64,000 bases of DNA from contig CAVYBU010000025.1 in the NCBI GenBank assembly GCA_963766735.1, positions 67,227-131,226 on the forward strand. The letters are read 5' to 3'. A program made the position numbers and the translations under genes. Source of the stretch: an uncultured Chloroflexia bacterium (GTDB taxonomy: Bacteria > Chloroflexota > Limnocylindria > Limnocylindrales > CSP1-4). Under the pieces are notes generated by a model. It was not told where the DNA came from. It was given only the letters and a program-made list of their open reading frames with translations, and did not search any database. Of the stretch, positions 51,776 through 63,211 are shown piece by piece (the stretch's first letter is position 1; each line of letters starts with the position of its first letter).

Positions 51776-52734
51776 TCAGTGCAGGATGTCCGGCGGTTCG
51801 AAGCCCCAGGCGTCCTCGGGGTCCGGGGACTCTGCCCAGCGCACCTCGTCCCAGTCCGTGCCCGGGTGGCCCACCAGGCCTTCCTCCACCTCGAGCCCGC
51901 CACGGCGCACGACCTCCGTGAACGGCGGCAGTGGCCGGCGGAACAGCTCCGGCGCATCCGTGGCGACGACCTCGAGAAGCTCCTCGAGCGGGATGACCGG
52001 CGGCCCGAACCAGCTGGGGTCCGGCCCGATCACGCGCTGGGCGAGGCGGGCCACGCGGTTGCCCGCGGCATCCACGTGCAGCCCCGTGACCGCACGCCGG
52101 TCCAGCGCGACCACCCCGATCAGGCCGCCGGTGACCGTGATCCCGAGCAGCTGGCGCGTGCCGAGGACGGGCAGCCACCCGGGCGAGGTCCGTGGAGCAG
52201 TTGGGTGAAGCGGGTCTCCCACAGCAGCTCGCGCAGGTGATCGTTCTCGTTGCCGGGTGGCATGCCCAGCTCGACGAGGAAGCCGAGGAGGGCGTCGGCG
52301 GTCTCCTCGTCGATCCGGGCCCGGATGTCCACGTCGTCGTCCTCGTCCAGGAACGGCAGCTCGAAGTAGTCGCCGAGGTAGTCGCGGTGGACCGCGTCCT
52401 CGCCGCTGACCAGGTGCGCGTGCGGCACCAGGCGCTCGACCAGGGCCAGGTCATCCCGCACCACGACGATCTCCTCCCGCCGCTCGAGCGACGTGAGGCG
52501 GACCGTGAACACCGCGCCCTCCAGCTGGTCGGCCAGCGAATGCCATCGGCCGTCGGGGCTCTCGATGAAGGCCGAGTTGTAGGCGATGGCCGTCCGGACG
52601 GCGTTGTGCGGGTTCTTCGCCCGTGTCCGTCCGGCCGCCACGATCGGAGGCACCAGCCCATCGAGCGTCATCGGGCCGCGCTCGCGGATCAGATCCAGGA
52701 CGGTGTCGGCGATCGTGGGACCGCGTCTCGGCAT
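51776..52734 (-). CDS. Hypothetical protein with N-terminal winged-helix (HARE-HTH-like), frameshift near 52180
   Basis: GGAGGTG RBS; TIADTVLDLIRERGPMT...RTRAKNPHNAVRTAI...FIESPDGRW. Confidence 0.6.
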
Positions 52735-52808
52735 ATCAACTCACCTCCATGTCCGTCAGTGTGACCGAGACGAATTCCCTGCGGATTACGACCGTGGAGC
52801 GGGGGTAG

Positions 52809-53300
52809 TCAGCCCCGGCCCGACCGGTCCAGGATCGGCTCGCAGTGGTCCGCGGTCTCGTGCTCCGTCATCAGCACGACCAGCCCCACCACCGAGCCAA
52901 GCTCTGTCCAGGGATACAGGATCGGGGTGTCCCAGCGGTCGGGCGGCATCGTCGCGATCGCCGCCTCGAGCCGGTCGTGCGTCGCCTCGTACTCGGCCCA
53001 CACGTCGGCCATCGGCCAGGCCCGACGCTCGAGCGCCGCCTTCTCGTTGTAGGCATCGTAGAGCCCGGGCAATTCGATGCGCGTGTACTCGCCCCCCGCT
53101 GCGTGCGCCTCCAGCGACCGGGCGGCCTCGCCGTTCCAGACGCCGAGGTGCCCCAGCACGTCGCGGACCTGCCAGGCCTGCTCGTCGTCGTGGACGACCG
53201 CCTCCGGGGCAAGCGGCTCGAGTGCCACCCGGGTCATCCGGCGCGTCCGCCGGAGCAGCCCCAGCGTCGAGTTCCGCTCATCGTCCATCTCGGTGCGCAT
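52809..53300 (-). CDS. DinB/ClbS-like four-helix-bundle protein
   Basis: WQVRDVLGHLGVW, C-terminal HETADH. Confidence 0.8.
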   Translation of the reverse strand: MRTEMDDERNSTLGLLRRTRRMTRVALEPLAPEAVVHDDEQAWQVRDVLGHLGVWNGEAARSLEAHAAGGEYTRIELPGLYDAYNEKAALERRAWPMADVWAEYEATHDRLEAAIATMPPDRWDTPILYPWTELGSVVGLVVLMTEHETADHCEPILDRSGRG

Positions 53301-53415
53301 CGGGTCTCTCCTCGGCGGCGCGAGATGCCAGCGCGAGTGCATCCAGGGCGCTGCCTCGCCCGCCGCCGACAAGGCTAGTCCACGCGGACGCCGAGCGAGG
53401 CGGCCTGGCGGGTCG

Positions 53416-53523
53416 TGTCCACGGTTTGTCCGCCCTGCCAACCCGGCGAGGTGCGCTCGAGATGCTACGAACATTTGACATCGGTGCATGACGATTGGCT
53501 AGAGTATGGACAAACATTAGACA
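53416..53523 (+). promoter_or_regulatory. Sigma70-like promoter flanked by two inverted 11-bp-periodic TnGACA operators
   Basis: TTGACA at 53475, TAGAGT at 53500; tggacaaacattagaca at 53507-53523; reverse complement of 53416-53432 is cggacaaaccgtggaca (13/17 identical). Confidence 0.55.
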
Positions 53524-53558
53524 ACCACTGTGGCAGAGAGCACCCGGAGGAACAGGTC

Positions 53559-54984
53559 ATGACCACGCACACGCTCGTCGCCAGCCAGGTCATCCCCGTC
53601 GACGTCGATCGTGCGTGGTCGTTCTTCTCACGCCCGGAGAACCTCGGCCGGATCACCCCGTCATCGATGGCGTTCGACATGCACACGGAGCGTCCCTCGA
53701 TGACCGAGGGGACGCTCATCGACTACACCGTCCGGCCACTCATGGGGATCCCGATGCCATGGCGGACGCGGATCGAGGCGATCGAGCCTCCCTTGCGCTT
53801 CCGCGACGTCCAGCTCCGTGGGCCGTACAAGCGCTGGGAGCATAGCCACACGCTGACGCCGGTCGCCGGAGGGACGCGGATCGACGATCGGATCGAGTAC
53901 GAGCTGCCGTTCGGTCCGGTCGGCGAGATCGCCCATCGGATGATCGTGCGCCGCGAGCTCGAGCGGATCTTCCGGTACCGCGCGCGAGCGATCGAGAGCA
54001 TCTTCGAGCCGGTCGCGATCGGCATCAAACCACGCACGGTGGTCGTCGCCGGGGGCACCGGCTTCGTCGGGAGGCGCCATCGCCAGGGAGCTGCGCCGAC
54101 GCGGGGACCGCGTCATCGTCCTGTCCTCGCGCGGCGAGGGTTCCCGCGGATCGTTGCCCGACGACATCGAGATCCGACGCGCGGACGTCCGTGATCCGGC
54201 CAGCCTGGCCGGGCTCCTCGGCGGTGCCGACGCGCTGGTCATCGCCCTGGCCTTCAAGAACTCGCCGATGGAGAACCCGCGTCGCGGCCAGACGTTCATG
54301 GAGGTGGATGCCGCCGGCACCGAGAACCTCGTTGCGGCCGCCCGCACCGCGGGTGTCCAGCGCCTCGTCTACCTGTCCGGAGCGGGTGCGGCAGCTGATG
54401 CGGAGAAGCACTGGTTCCGGGCGAAGTGGCGCGCCGAAGACGCGGTCAGGGGCTCGGCGATCCCCGCGACCATCATCCGACCGACCTGGATCTACGGACC
54501 GGATGACGTCTCGCTCAACCGGTTCATCGGGTTCGCACGCTCCCTGCCGGTCGTGCCGATGACGAACTTCGGACGCCAGCGGCTGGCACCGGTCTTCATC
54601 GACGACGTGGCCAACCTGGCGGCCGACTCAATTCGAGACGACGCCGCTGCGGGTCGCGCCTTCGAGATCGGGGGACCGGACACCCTGACGATGCGCGAGA
54701 TCATCGCGGCCGCGATCGCCCAGGACGGCCATCGACGGCCGATCATGCCGGGGCCCGCGCCGCTCATCAAGCTGGGTGCCTGGCCGCTCAAGTTCCTGCC
54801 GGCACCGCCGTTGACGCCCGACGCGGTGGACTTCATCAACCAGCCGGCGACGGTGGACAACACCCCCCTGCTCGATGCGATGCCGCGCCGTCTCACCCCG
54901 CTCGGCGAGGGCCTGGCCACGTACCTCGGCACGCCCGAGCCGAACGCCACGCTCGCCTTCGAACGGCAGGCAGAGGCCGCCTGA
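53559..54984 (+). CDS. SRPBCC domain fused to NDUFA9-like NAD(P)H-binding epimerase/reductase, frameshift near 54075
   Basis: FFSRPENLGRITP...QLRGPYKRWEHSH...IFRYR, then VAGGTGFVG, RAKWRAE, IRPTWIYG, FEIGGP. Confidence 0.82.
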
Positions 54985-54987
54985 GCG

Positions 54988-57356
54988 ATGGCCGTCGACC
55001 GCGCCCTTGACTGGACCGCAGATCGCAGCGCCACCCTCGCCGCGGCGGCGCAGGTGCGCGGCTCGGCCGTCGCGTGGCGACCCACGTCCATTCGCCGCCC
55101 GGAGTGGCTCGGTGACCTCCGGTTCGTCACTGCCCTCGACGCGGTCGCGAGCGCTCCGACCATCCTCGACGCGATCCATGCCAGCGCCGGTCTGAGTTCC
55201 GCGACCGCCGCCCTGGTGCGCGACCCCGGACAACCGCGCCATCGCACGAGGGCCGCCGTGGCGGAGCTGCGCACCCGGACTCGCGATCCACGCGACCGGC
55301 CGACCGCGATCGCAAGCGTCCACGCCCTGGCCCGGATCCCGGGTGACGACGTCGACGACATCCTCGCCGAGATCCTCGACGAGTCGCCGCGAGATCTCGT
55401 GGCTCACGTCGCATGGGCCGGCGCGGCGCGCACGTTCGCCCCGTCCCTGCTCGACCGGTTCGTCGCCCTCGTCGTCGCCGGTGGCCTGCCGGGCATGCAC
55501 GCGCAGGCCGCACTCGAGGCCTGGTCCCGGACCGATCCGTGGCTCGTCGCGGCTGCGATCCGGGAGGGGATCGCCCGGACGACCGCGCCCGTCGGGCGAC
55601 GGCACCTCGTCGAGACGCTCGGCCTGGTCCCCGATCCCACGGTTCTCGACGACCTGGCGCGACACGCGACCGACGCGCGGGAGGGCGATGCGGCCCGGAT
55701 CGCGGCCATCGCGGCCTTCGGCGATCGCGCGTGGGAGCCCATGGCGCGCCAGGTGTCGTCGCTCTCCTCTGGGACCGGCCCCATCGCGGCCGCTTCGGCG
55801 CTCGCCCGCATGGATCGCGTGGCCACGCGACGCGTCACGAGACACCGTCCGGCTCTGCGCGGGCCGCGTCCGTCTGCCATGGCCGGGCTGCGGATCGCCC
55901 AGCTCCACCTCGGCGCGGAGCTCGACCCCGAGATGCGACGCGCCGGCGTCGGCGCGACCGGGGGGATCGCCACCCTTCTCGTCGACCTCGACCGCGCGCT
56001 CAACCGCAGGTCCGGGATCGACTCGGTCGTGACGATCGGCCGCGGGACGACCGACGACGTTCTTCGTCCGGCTGGACCGAGCGGTGATCAGGGCTTCCGC
56101 CCCGTCCCGCTTCGACCGGAAGAAGACTCGGCGTTCCTGGGCGACTGGCCCGCCCGGGTCGCTGCCGAACGAGGGATCCGCCGGATCCTGCGCGGCGACG
56201 GGCAGCCCGACGTCCTCCACCTCCGGATGGCCGATGTCGGGAGCCTCGCCGGGTCCCGCGTGGCGGCCGAGTCCGGCATCCGGACCGTCTTCAGCCTGGC
56301 TCCCGACCCGCACGGCCTCATCGCCGCGCGCGAGGCGGCCGGCGAGCTGGACCGGGCGACGTTCGGTGGCGAGGATGCGCGGTCCCACCTGTGGTTCCGC
56401 GCCCGGCTCGTCGAGCGCCTGGCGCGTGACGCGGACCAGGTCGTGCTGTTCCCTCGCGAGCACCTGGAAGAACAGCTGCGCGACCTCGTCGGGATCGACA
56501 TCAGCAGCGGCACCGCGCCGGTTCACGGTGATCCCCGAGGGCATCGATGTCGAGCGGATCGACGCCGCGGACGCCGCGCTGGCGATGGCCGACGCGTCAG
56601 ACGGGGCGCCTTCGTCGGACAGGGCGCTCGTCACCGGCGCCGCGCGATGCGGGCTCGTCGTCGCCTGCCCTGAATGCCGGACTCGGCGCGCTGCTCGCCA
56701 GGATCGCCGACCTCCCGGTCTCGCGTCATGGCCTGCCGGTCATCCTGAGCATCGGCCGGCTGCACGAGGTGAAGGGCATGTCCCGGCTGGTGGCCGCGTT
56801 CGGTGCCGACCCGAGCCTTCGTGCACGCGCGAACCTCGTCATCGTGGGCGGCGATCTCGACGCACCGAGCCCCGACGAGGCCGCGGAGCTCGAGCGAATC
56901 CAGGTGGCCTTGCGCACCGATGCGGCCGTCCGGGACGCGGTGGTCCTGCTCGGACATCGCCCCAATGGCGACATCGGCCATCTGCTCGCCGCCGCGCATC
57001 GAGGCGTCGGCGACCTCATCGCGCCCTCGGGCGGGTACGCCTGCGCGAGCGCGAAGGAGGAGTTCGGGCTCGCGATCGTCGAGGCCCTCGCGACCGGGCT
57101 CGCCGTCGTGGCTCCGCGCGCGGGCGGTCCGGCGACCTACGTCGAGGACGGACGGACGGGCGTCCTCGTCGACACGACGCGTCGTGCGGACCTCATCCGC
57201 GGGATCCACGGTGCCCTCGATCTCGCCGGCGTGCCGGGCCGTGCCGATCATGCGCGGGCCACCATCCGTGGCGCCTACGACGTCCGGGTCATGGCCGAGA
57301 CGCTCGAGACGATCTACGCGAGCGCCAGCACCGCGAGCGAGCGGCGCGCGTCGTGA
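54988..57356 (+). CDS. GT4 glycosyltransferase (sucrose-phosphate-synthase-like) with N-terminal HEAT-like repeats, frameshifted near 56510
   Basis: Helical Ala/Leu-rich N-terminus, GATGGIATLL, HLRMADVG, APDPH, IGRLHEVKG, KEEFGLAIVEAL. Confidence 0.8.
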
Positions 57357-58722
57357 CACTCCTCGTCGTCAGCCCCGACTACGCCTCGCACGCCCTGCCG
57401 TTGCTCACCATCGCCGAGGCATGGCAGGCGCGCGGTGAGCGTGTGGTCGTCGCTACCGGTCCGGCCGTCGCGCCGCTCGTCGCACGCGCTGGCTTCGAGC
57501 TCGTGGAGCTCGAGCTCGGACGTGGATCGAACGCCGGTATCGCTCGACCGGAGGATCAGCGAGCGGGCGAAGACGCCAACCTGCGGGCGTTCTTCGAGGC
57601 CACCCGACGAGGCATGGTCGAGACGCTGCGCTACCAGGCGGAGCGTCGATCCGGCGACCTGCTGTGGATGCCCGTGGCGACGGGCCGGCGCACGATCGAG
57701 GTCGCCGAGATGGTCCGGCCCGACGCCATCCTGGTCGACCACGTCGCCTTCGGTGCGACGGTCGGTCTCCGGGCCGCCGGGATCCCATACGCGGACGTCG
57801 TCCTGGGCCACCCCACGCAGCTTCCGGTCGCCGCCGAGACCTTCGGCGTGCCGAGCAGCTGGCCCACGGCATTCGAGCCGGACGCGGCAGCGCTCTCAAG
57901 CCTGCGCGACGTCGCGAGAGGCGTGGCGTCGCGGTTCACCGGCGACTACAACGACGCGATGCGGACGATCTCCCCCACGGCGCCGACGGTCCCGGATGCA
58001 TTCGCGGCCCACGGCCCGCTCGTCCTGTTCAACTATCCGGAGGCGCTCCACGAGCGGATCACGGACTGGGTCGCTGCCCCGGACCCACGCCTTCCTTGGC
58101 TCCGCACTCCGGCTCGAGGATGCCGGGGAGGCGGCGGCCTGGCTCAGACCGGGATGCGGATCGCCCGATCGTCCTCGTCTCGTTCGGGACGTTCCTGTCC
58201 GCCCGCGGGGATGTCCTGGCCCGGGTGGCCGATGCCCTGCGTGGTCTCGACGTCCGCGTCGCCATGGCCACCGGCGCGGCCGATCTGCGTTCCCTTGGCC
58301 CACTTCCACGCGACTGGTTCGTGCGCCCGCACCTCCCCCAGGTGGCGATCCTGGAGCGGGCCGCGGCGTTCGTGACGCATGGCGGCAACAACAGCGTGAC
58401 CGAGGCTGCCTCCCTGGGCGTGCCGATGCTGGTCATGCCGTTCTCGACCGACCAGTTCGACGGTGCCGCGGCCATCGAAGCGTCGGGCCTCGGTCTGGCG
58501 GCCGACCCGAACGTCGTGACGGCGGCCGAGCTCCGGACGCTCATCGACCGCCTCGTCATTGCGCCTGCAGCGGGCGTGTCCTTGCTCGCGGCGCAGCTTG
58601 CGGCCCGACCCGGGCCGGCAACGGCCCGAGCCGCGGTCGAGGCGTGGCAGGACGGGCTCCTGCCGACGGCGACGCGAGCCTCGGGCGGGCACGACGCGCG
58701 GGCGGCGGCTACTCCGTCGTGA
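57353..58722 (+). CDS. GT1/MGT-type glycosyltransferase, frameshifts near 58070-58160
   Basis: SPDYASH, LVSFGT, LPQVAIL, FVTHGGNNSVTEA, PFSTDQ; GTGA overlap with upstream gene. Confidence 0.82.
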
Positions 58723-58786
58723 GGCCTGACCTCGCCCGTGAGCCCTTCGGAGACGGGCCGTGGATCGGGACTGATATCCTCGCCCT

Positions 58787-60070
58787 GTGACGTTCGCCCC
58801 GGCGCTCGGCCCTCTGCGGACCCGCGGAATCCTTGCCCTCGCGCTCGTCCTCGGCCTGATCGCCTGCTCGGCGGGCGGGAGCGGGGCCACTCCAGTCGCT
58901 TCCCCTGGTCCGACCGCGACGCCGGTCGCCGGGAGTCCTTCTGCCGGGACACCGTCAGCCTGCCCGTCACCGATGAGCCCGGCAGCCCAGATCGCTCGCC
59001 TCGGGCGCATCGCCCGGACCGGGCCCGACACGGGCGTGTGGGTCGGTCTGAACCTCGACTGGGGAAGCCAGACCGTGGCCGCCCTGACGGCCAGCCTCGG
59101 CAGCCCGCCGGCCGTCGTCGTGAGCTTCGTCTCGTTCCCGCTCACCGCCGACGATGTGGTGAACCTGGTCGCAGCGGCGGACCAGGCCCACGCCGCGGGG
59201 GCCGTCCTGATCGTCACGCTCGAGCCCTGGGGCGGCCTCGCCGCCGTTACCGACGGGGCGATCGCAGACATGACCTCGCAACTGGCCCTCTTCGGATCCG
59301 AGGGGGTCCCGGTCATCGTCCGCTTCGCCCACGAGATGAATGGCACGTGGTACCCGTGGAGCCAGGATCCGGCGGCATACGTGGCCGTCTTCCAGCGGGT
59401 CGCCGACGCCGTCCACGCCGGCGCCCCGACCGCGGCCATGCTCTGGGCCCCCAACCAAGGCGAGGGCTATCCCTACGCCGGCGGGCAGTACGAGGCCAAG
59501 CCGGGCAGCCCCGCGATCGCGCTCCTCGACACCAACCGCAACGGGCGCCTCGATACGGGGGACGATCCCTACGCGCCCTACTGGCCCGGCGCCGCCTACG
59601 TCGACTGGGTGGGCATGAGCCTGTACCACTGGGGGACGACCTATCCCTGGGGCGCCAACACGATCCCCGCGCCCGGCAAGTTCGCCGCGATGATCACCGG
59701 TACGACGCCGACCAGCCCGGTCCCGGACTTCTACGCCGGCTACGCCGCGCGCTATGGGAAGCCGCTTGCGATCGTCGAGACGGCGGCCTTCTACCGCCCG
59801 GGCGGCGACGGGGCGGCGGAGTCGGCCATCAAGACGGCCTGGCTGACGCAGGTCCTCTCCGCCGACACGCGCACCCGCTTCCCGCTCATGCGGATCGTCA
59901 ACTGGTTCGAGTGGCGCAAGACCGAAGCGGAGGTGGATGCGGTCGTCGACTGGCGGATCGTGGCCGATCCCGCCCTGCGGGCGGCATTCCTCGCGGCGCT
60001 GACCGGCGGGTTCGAGCTTGGCCCCGCGGTGCCGGTGGTGTCCTCGACAGCGGGCTGCCCGACACCGTAG
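58787..60070 (+). CDS. GH26 glycoside hydrolase lipoprotein
   Basis: Lipobox LIAC, RFAHEMNGTWYPW, LWAPN, YWPGAAYVDWVG, KPLAIVET. Confidence 0.87.
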   Translation: MTFAPALGPLRTRGILALALVLGLIACSAGGSGATPVASPGPTATPVAGSPSAGTPSACPSPMSPAAQIARLGRIARTGPDTGVWVGLNLDWGSQTVAALTASLGSPPAVVVSFVSFPLTADDVVNLVAAADQAHAAGAVLIVTLEPWGGLAAVTDGAIADMTSQLALFGSEGVPVIVRFAHEMNGTWYPWSQDPAAYVAVFQRVADAVHAGAPTAAMLWAPNQGEGYPYAGGQYEAKPGSPAIALLDTNRNGRLDTGDDPYAPYWPGAAYVDWVGMSLYHWGTTYPWGANTIPAPGKFAAMITGTTPTSPVPDFYAGYAARYGKPLAIVETAAFYRPGGDGAAESAIKTAWLTQVLSADTRTRFPLMRIVNWFEWRKTEAEVDAVVDWRIVADPALRAAFLAALTGGFELGPAVPVVSSTAGCPTP

Positions 60071-60186
60071 CCCGCACCTCCGGGGCGGGCCCGGACGTGC
60101 CGCATCGTGCGACCCGACCCCGCGTCGCCGCGCAGCGTCGCTGGTCGACGGTGGGTCGGGCGAGCACGCCTTCGCGACAGGGGAAG

Positions 60187-60231
60187 TGGAGCCGGAGACG
60201 GGGTTCGAACCCGCGACATTCAGCTTGGGAA
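60187..60231 (-). other. 3' half of tRNA-Gly(CCC), att-like duplication
   Basis: Minus strand reads TTCCCAAGCTGAATGTCGCGGGTTCGAACCCCGTCTCCGGCTCCA (anticodon loop, T-arm, acceptor 3' strand, CCA); no D-arm or 5' acceptor strand upstream. Confidence 0.85.
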
Positions 60232-60336
60232 CGGCGGCAAGACCGCCGCGACGTCTGCGCAGCCCCCTGGAGCGGTCCTGGTTGACGCTTCCGACGCTAT
60301 CTCGAGGAGGCTTGCGGCACAACGGTTCTCACGGGA

Positions 60337-60880
60337 TCAGGCGTCAGTGGCCGCCGCCGCGCGCCTGAACGTCTCCAGGCTCATCGGCCGGAGTACGCCA
60401 CGAGCGTCACCCGCTCCACGGACGGGTCTCCCGCAGGCGGCGTCGCAGCGTGCGCGACGGCGACGTCGGCCGCAGGTCGGCCGGATACCCGAAGACGCCG
60501 GTGCTGATGGCCGGGACAGGTCCGTCCGGGCCCCCAGCTCGTGCGACCAGCGCAGCGACGTGGCGTAGGCCGACGCGAGCCGGTCGGCTCGTCCTTCCCG
60601 CCGAGCCACACGGGACCGACGGCATGGATGACCCATCGCGCCGGCAGGGCGTCGGCACCGGAGACCACGGCGCTGCCGGTCGGACGTGCCGGACGCGGGT
60701 CGCCTGCCGGCGCATCTCGCCAAGAGCCGCGGGACCGCCCGCCCGTGGATCGCGCCGTCGACGCCGCCGCCGTCGGCGAAGGGGCTGTTCGCCGCGTTGA
60801 CGATGGCGTCCGCGGGGATCTGCGTGATGTCGCCCTCCACGACGCGAGCACGCGTCCCGGTGCGACTCCAGCTCGTCCAC
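60337..60880 (-). pseudogene. Macrodomain O-acetyl-ADP-ribose deacetylase, multiply frameshifted
   Basis: [52 protein letters not shown] spread over three frames. Confidence 0.82.
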
Positions 60881-60904
60881 GGTTCGCCTCCTCCGTATCG
60901 ATGA

Positions 60905-62413
60905 TCAGCCGCCCGGGCGGTCCGGCGCCGGTGGCCACGCCCGCACGAAGTCCTGCTGCTCGGGGAGCGTGATCGAGCCGCGACGCGCCGCCTGGACCCG
61001 CCGGATCGCCTCGTCGGTGTCCAGCCCGGCCTGGCGGAGGAGGCAGGCCGCGGTCATGCCGGAGCGGTTGATGCCGCCACGGCACGCGATGGCGATGAAC
61101 TGCCCAGAGCGCACGCGATCGGCGAGGTCGGCGATGGCCGCGCGGTACGCGGCGGGATCGGCCGGGATGTGCGGATCCGGGATGGGGAACCGGAGGAGCT
61201 CCGGACCGGCCGCCGCCATCACCTCGGGCAGCCCTGGAACCAGGCAGTCGTCCAGCTCCGAGTCCTCGACCAGGAGGAACAGGGCATCCACGCCGAGCTC
61301 CCGCAGCCGCGCGAGGTCGAGATCGAGATCGCGCCAGTGTGTTCCCGAGAAGCCGTCCTGCTTCTTGCCGGGCAGGAACGTGATGCCCGCCCGGCCGGTG
61401 CCTTCGAACGAGGTCCCCCGCAGGTCCAGCTCGTCCACACGGAGCGGGTACCCGCTCGACGTGCGCGCGCCGGTCGACCCGACCAGCCCATCGACCAGCG
61501 GCGCTGCCATCTCGCGGCCGCGCATCCCTCGGCGCCACTCGAGCGGGATGCTCTCCCAGCCCCAGTGCGCGCCCGCCAGTCCGCCCGCGATCGCGGCGGT
61601 CGTATCGGTGTCGTTGCCGTAGGCGACGGCGCGGCGGATGGTGTCGGCGTAGTCGGCAGCGCCGGCGAACGCCTCCCACGCGGACCAGAAGGCGTCGACG
61701 ACGAAGCCGCTTCCGCTCCGTCGCTCCCAGCCGCGCAGCTCCTCGAGGGCCGTGAGGTGCGCCTCGTAGCCACGCTCGTCGTGATACAGGCGCTCGTTCT
61801 CGGCGAATGCCTCCTCGAGCGCCGCCGCGGGCTCCTGCCCGCGCAGCAACCCGGCGATCGCCACGCAGTACACCGCGCAGGCGACCTGGCAGCGGGGGTG
61901 CCCGTGCGTGACCCGCGACGCGAGGTGGGCGCGGGAGATCAGCTGCGTCGGCGGCAGGTCCCGCCCGACCAGCGCGACCGGCAGGATCCGCATCAGCGAG
62001 CCGTTGCCGCAGTCGTGCTCACCGGAGGGACCGGCGTCGACGGCGGACACGCCGGCGGCGAGCCGTCGCATGGCCTCCGACGTCGCCCCGCCGATGTCGA
62101 ACAGCCCGTCGCCGTCGGGCGTGTAGGCACCGTCCCGCTGCCAGGCGAGTGCCCGACGGCCCTGGTCGTCGAGGTCGAACCCGTCCGCGCGTCCGGCCTC
62201 CGTGTCGAGAAGCGAGTCGAGCAGCGCCAGCATCAGGGCGCCATCGTCGCTCCAGGTCCCGGGCAGCTGGTGGTGCGCCCCCGTCGCCCCGAACACGACG
62301 CTGTCCGCGGGCCTCGCCGGCCCGAACTCGTACGGCACGCCCACGGCATCACCGACGAGGTGACCCCAGGCGGCGCCCGCGAGGCGCGAGGCAAGCTCGA
62401 GGGTTCCGGTCAT
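60905..62413 (-). CDS. ADP-ribosylglycohydrolase fused to C-terminal CDKN3-like Cys phosphatase
   Basis: GDAVG, WSDD, GNGSLMR, DTDT, then [24 protein letters not shown] (CX5R). Confidence 0.88.
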   Translation of the reverse strand: MTGTLELASRLAGAAWGHLVGDAVGVPYEFGPARPADSVVFGATGAHHQLPGTWSDDGALMLALLDSLLDTEAGRADGFDLDDQGRRALAWQRDGAYTPDGDGLFDIGGATSEAMRRLAAGVSAVDAGPSGEHDCGNGSLMRILPVALVGRDLPPTQLISRAHLASRVTHGHPRCQVACAVYCVAIAGLLRGQEPAAALEEAFAENERLYHDERGYEAHLTALEELRGWERRSGSGFVVDAFWSAWEAFAGAADYADTIRRAVAYGNDTDTTAAIAGGLAGAHWGWESIPLEWRRGMRGREMAAPLVDGLVGSTGARTSSGYPLRVDELDLRGTSFEGTGRAGITFLPGKKQDGFSGTHWRDLDLDLARLRELGVDALFLLVEDSELDDCLVPGLPEVMAAAGPELLRFPIPDPHIPADPAAYRAAIADLADRVRSGQFIAIACRGGINRSGMTAACLLRQAGLDTDEAIRRVQAARRGSITLPEQQDFVRAWPPAPDRPGG

Positions 62414-62417
62414 GGTG

Positions 62418-63194
62418 TCATCGCCTCCCCTGACTCCCTGTCGCGCGGGCGAACCGGTAGAGCTCCGGTGGCCGATGACCCACGCCCTCGAGCCGCTCGC
62501 CGGTGGCCTCGACGAGGCCCCGATCCAGCACCTTGCGCCGGAAGCTGTCCTTGTTGAGCGGGTGGCCCAGGATCGCCTCGTGGACGAGGCGCAGGTCCCG
62601 GAGCGTGAACGTCTCGGGGAGCAGCTCGAACCCGATCGGCGCGTAGTCCAGCTTGCCGCGGATGCGCTCGACGGCGGTGGACAGGATCCGCGCGTGGTCG
62701 AAGGCCAGCGGGAGGACCCGGCCCCCGGCATCGCGGACCTCGAGGTCGCCGTCGGTGTCGTCGTCGCCGTCGGGCGGGCAGACCAGGTCGCCGAGCACGA
62801 GGCCGGCATCGCCCCGGGAGCTCACGGCCCGATCCAGGCGCTCCGCCTCCACCAGCGCGTAGTAGACGACGCTGATCACGCGGGTCCGTGGATCCCGGTC
62901 CGGGTCGCCGAACGTGTACAGCTGCTCGGTGAAGACCTGCTCGAGGCCCGCCTTGGTCGCCAGGGCGCGCCCGGCAGCCGCGTCGAGCGACTCGTCCATG
63001 CCCACGAAGGCGCCCGGCAGCGCCCAGCGTCCCTGCTGCGGCTGGTTCGAGCGCCGGAACAGGAGGGTCCGGATGCCGCCGTCGGCGACCGTCAGCAGCA
63101 CGACATCGACCGCCACGGACGGGTGCGGGTACGCGCTCGCGTCGTACGCGGCGAGGAACGCCAGCTCGTCGGGGTCCCGTGGATCGATGGCCAT
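62418..63194 (-). CDS. nrtR: NrtR-family Nudix-wHTH transcriptional regulator
   Basis: PSVAVDVV, WALPGAFV, EQLYTFGDPDRDPR, LAFDH, FTLRDL, SFRRK, HRPPELY. Confidence 0.88.
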   Translation of the reverse strand: MAIDPRDPDELAFLAAYDASAYPHPSVAVDVVLLTVADGGIRTLLFRRSNQPQQGRWALPGAFVGMDESLDAAAGRALATKAGLEQVFTEQLYTFGDPDRDPRTRVISVVYYALVEAERLDRAVSSRGDAGLVLGDLVCPPDGDDDTDGDLEVRDAGGRVLPLAFDHARILSTAVERIRGKLDYAPIGFELLPETFTLRDLRLVHEAILGHPLNKDSFRRKVLDRGLVEATGERLEGVGHRPPELYRFARATGSQGRR

Positions 63195-63211
63195 TGACGG
63201 CTCCCTGGTTA

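Noticed and set aside
53468-53482. LexA/SOS box (CGAAC...)
   Set aside because: Only a half-site; the GTTC half is missing
60187-60270. Intact tRNA-Gly gene
   Set aside because: D-arm and 5' acceptor strand are absent; recorded as an att-like fragment
60905-62809. 634-aa extended ARH ORF start
   Set aside because: The extension overlaps nrtR out of frame; the RBS-supported start is 62413
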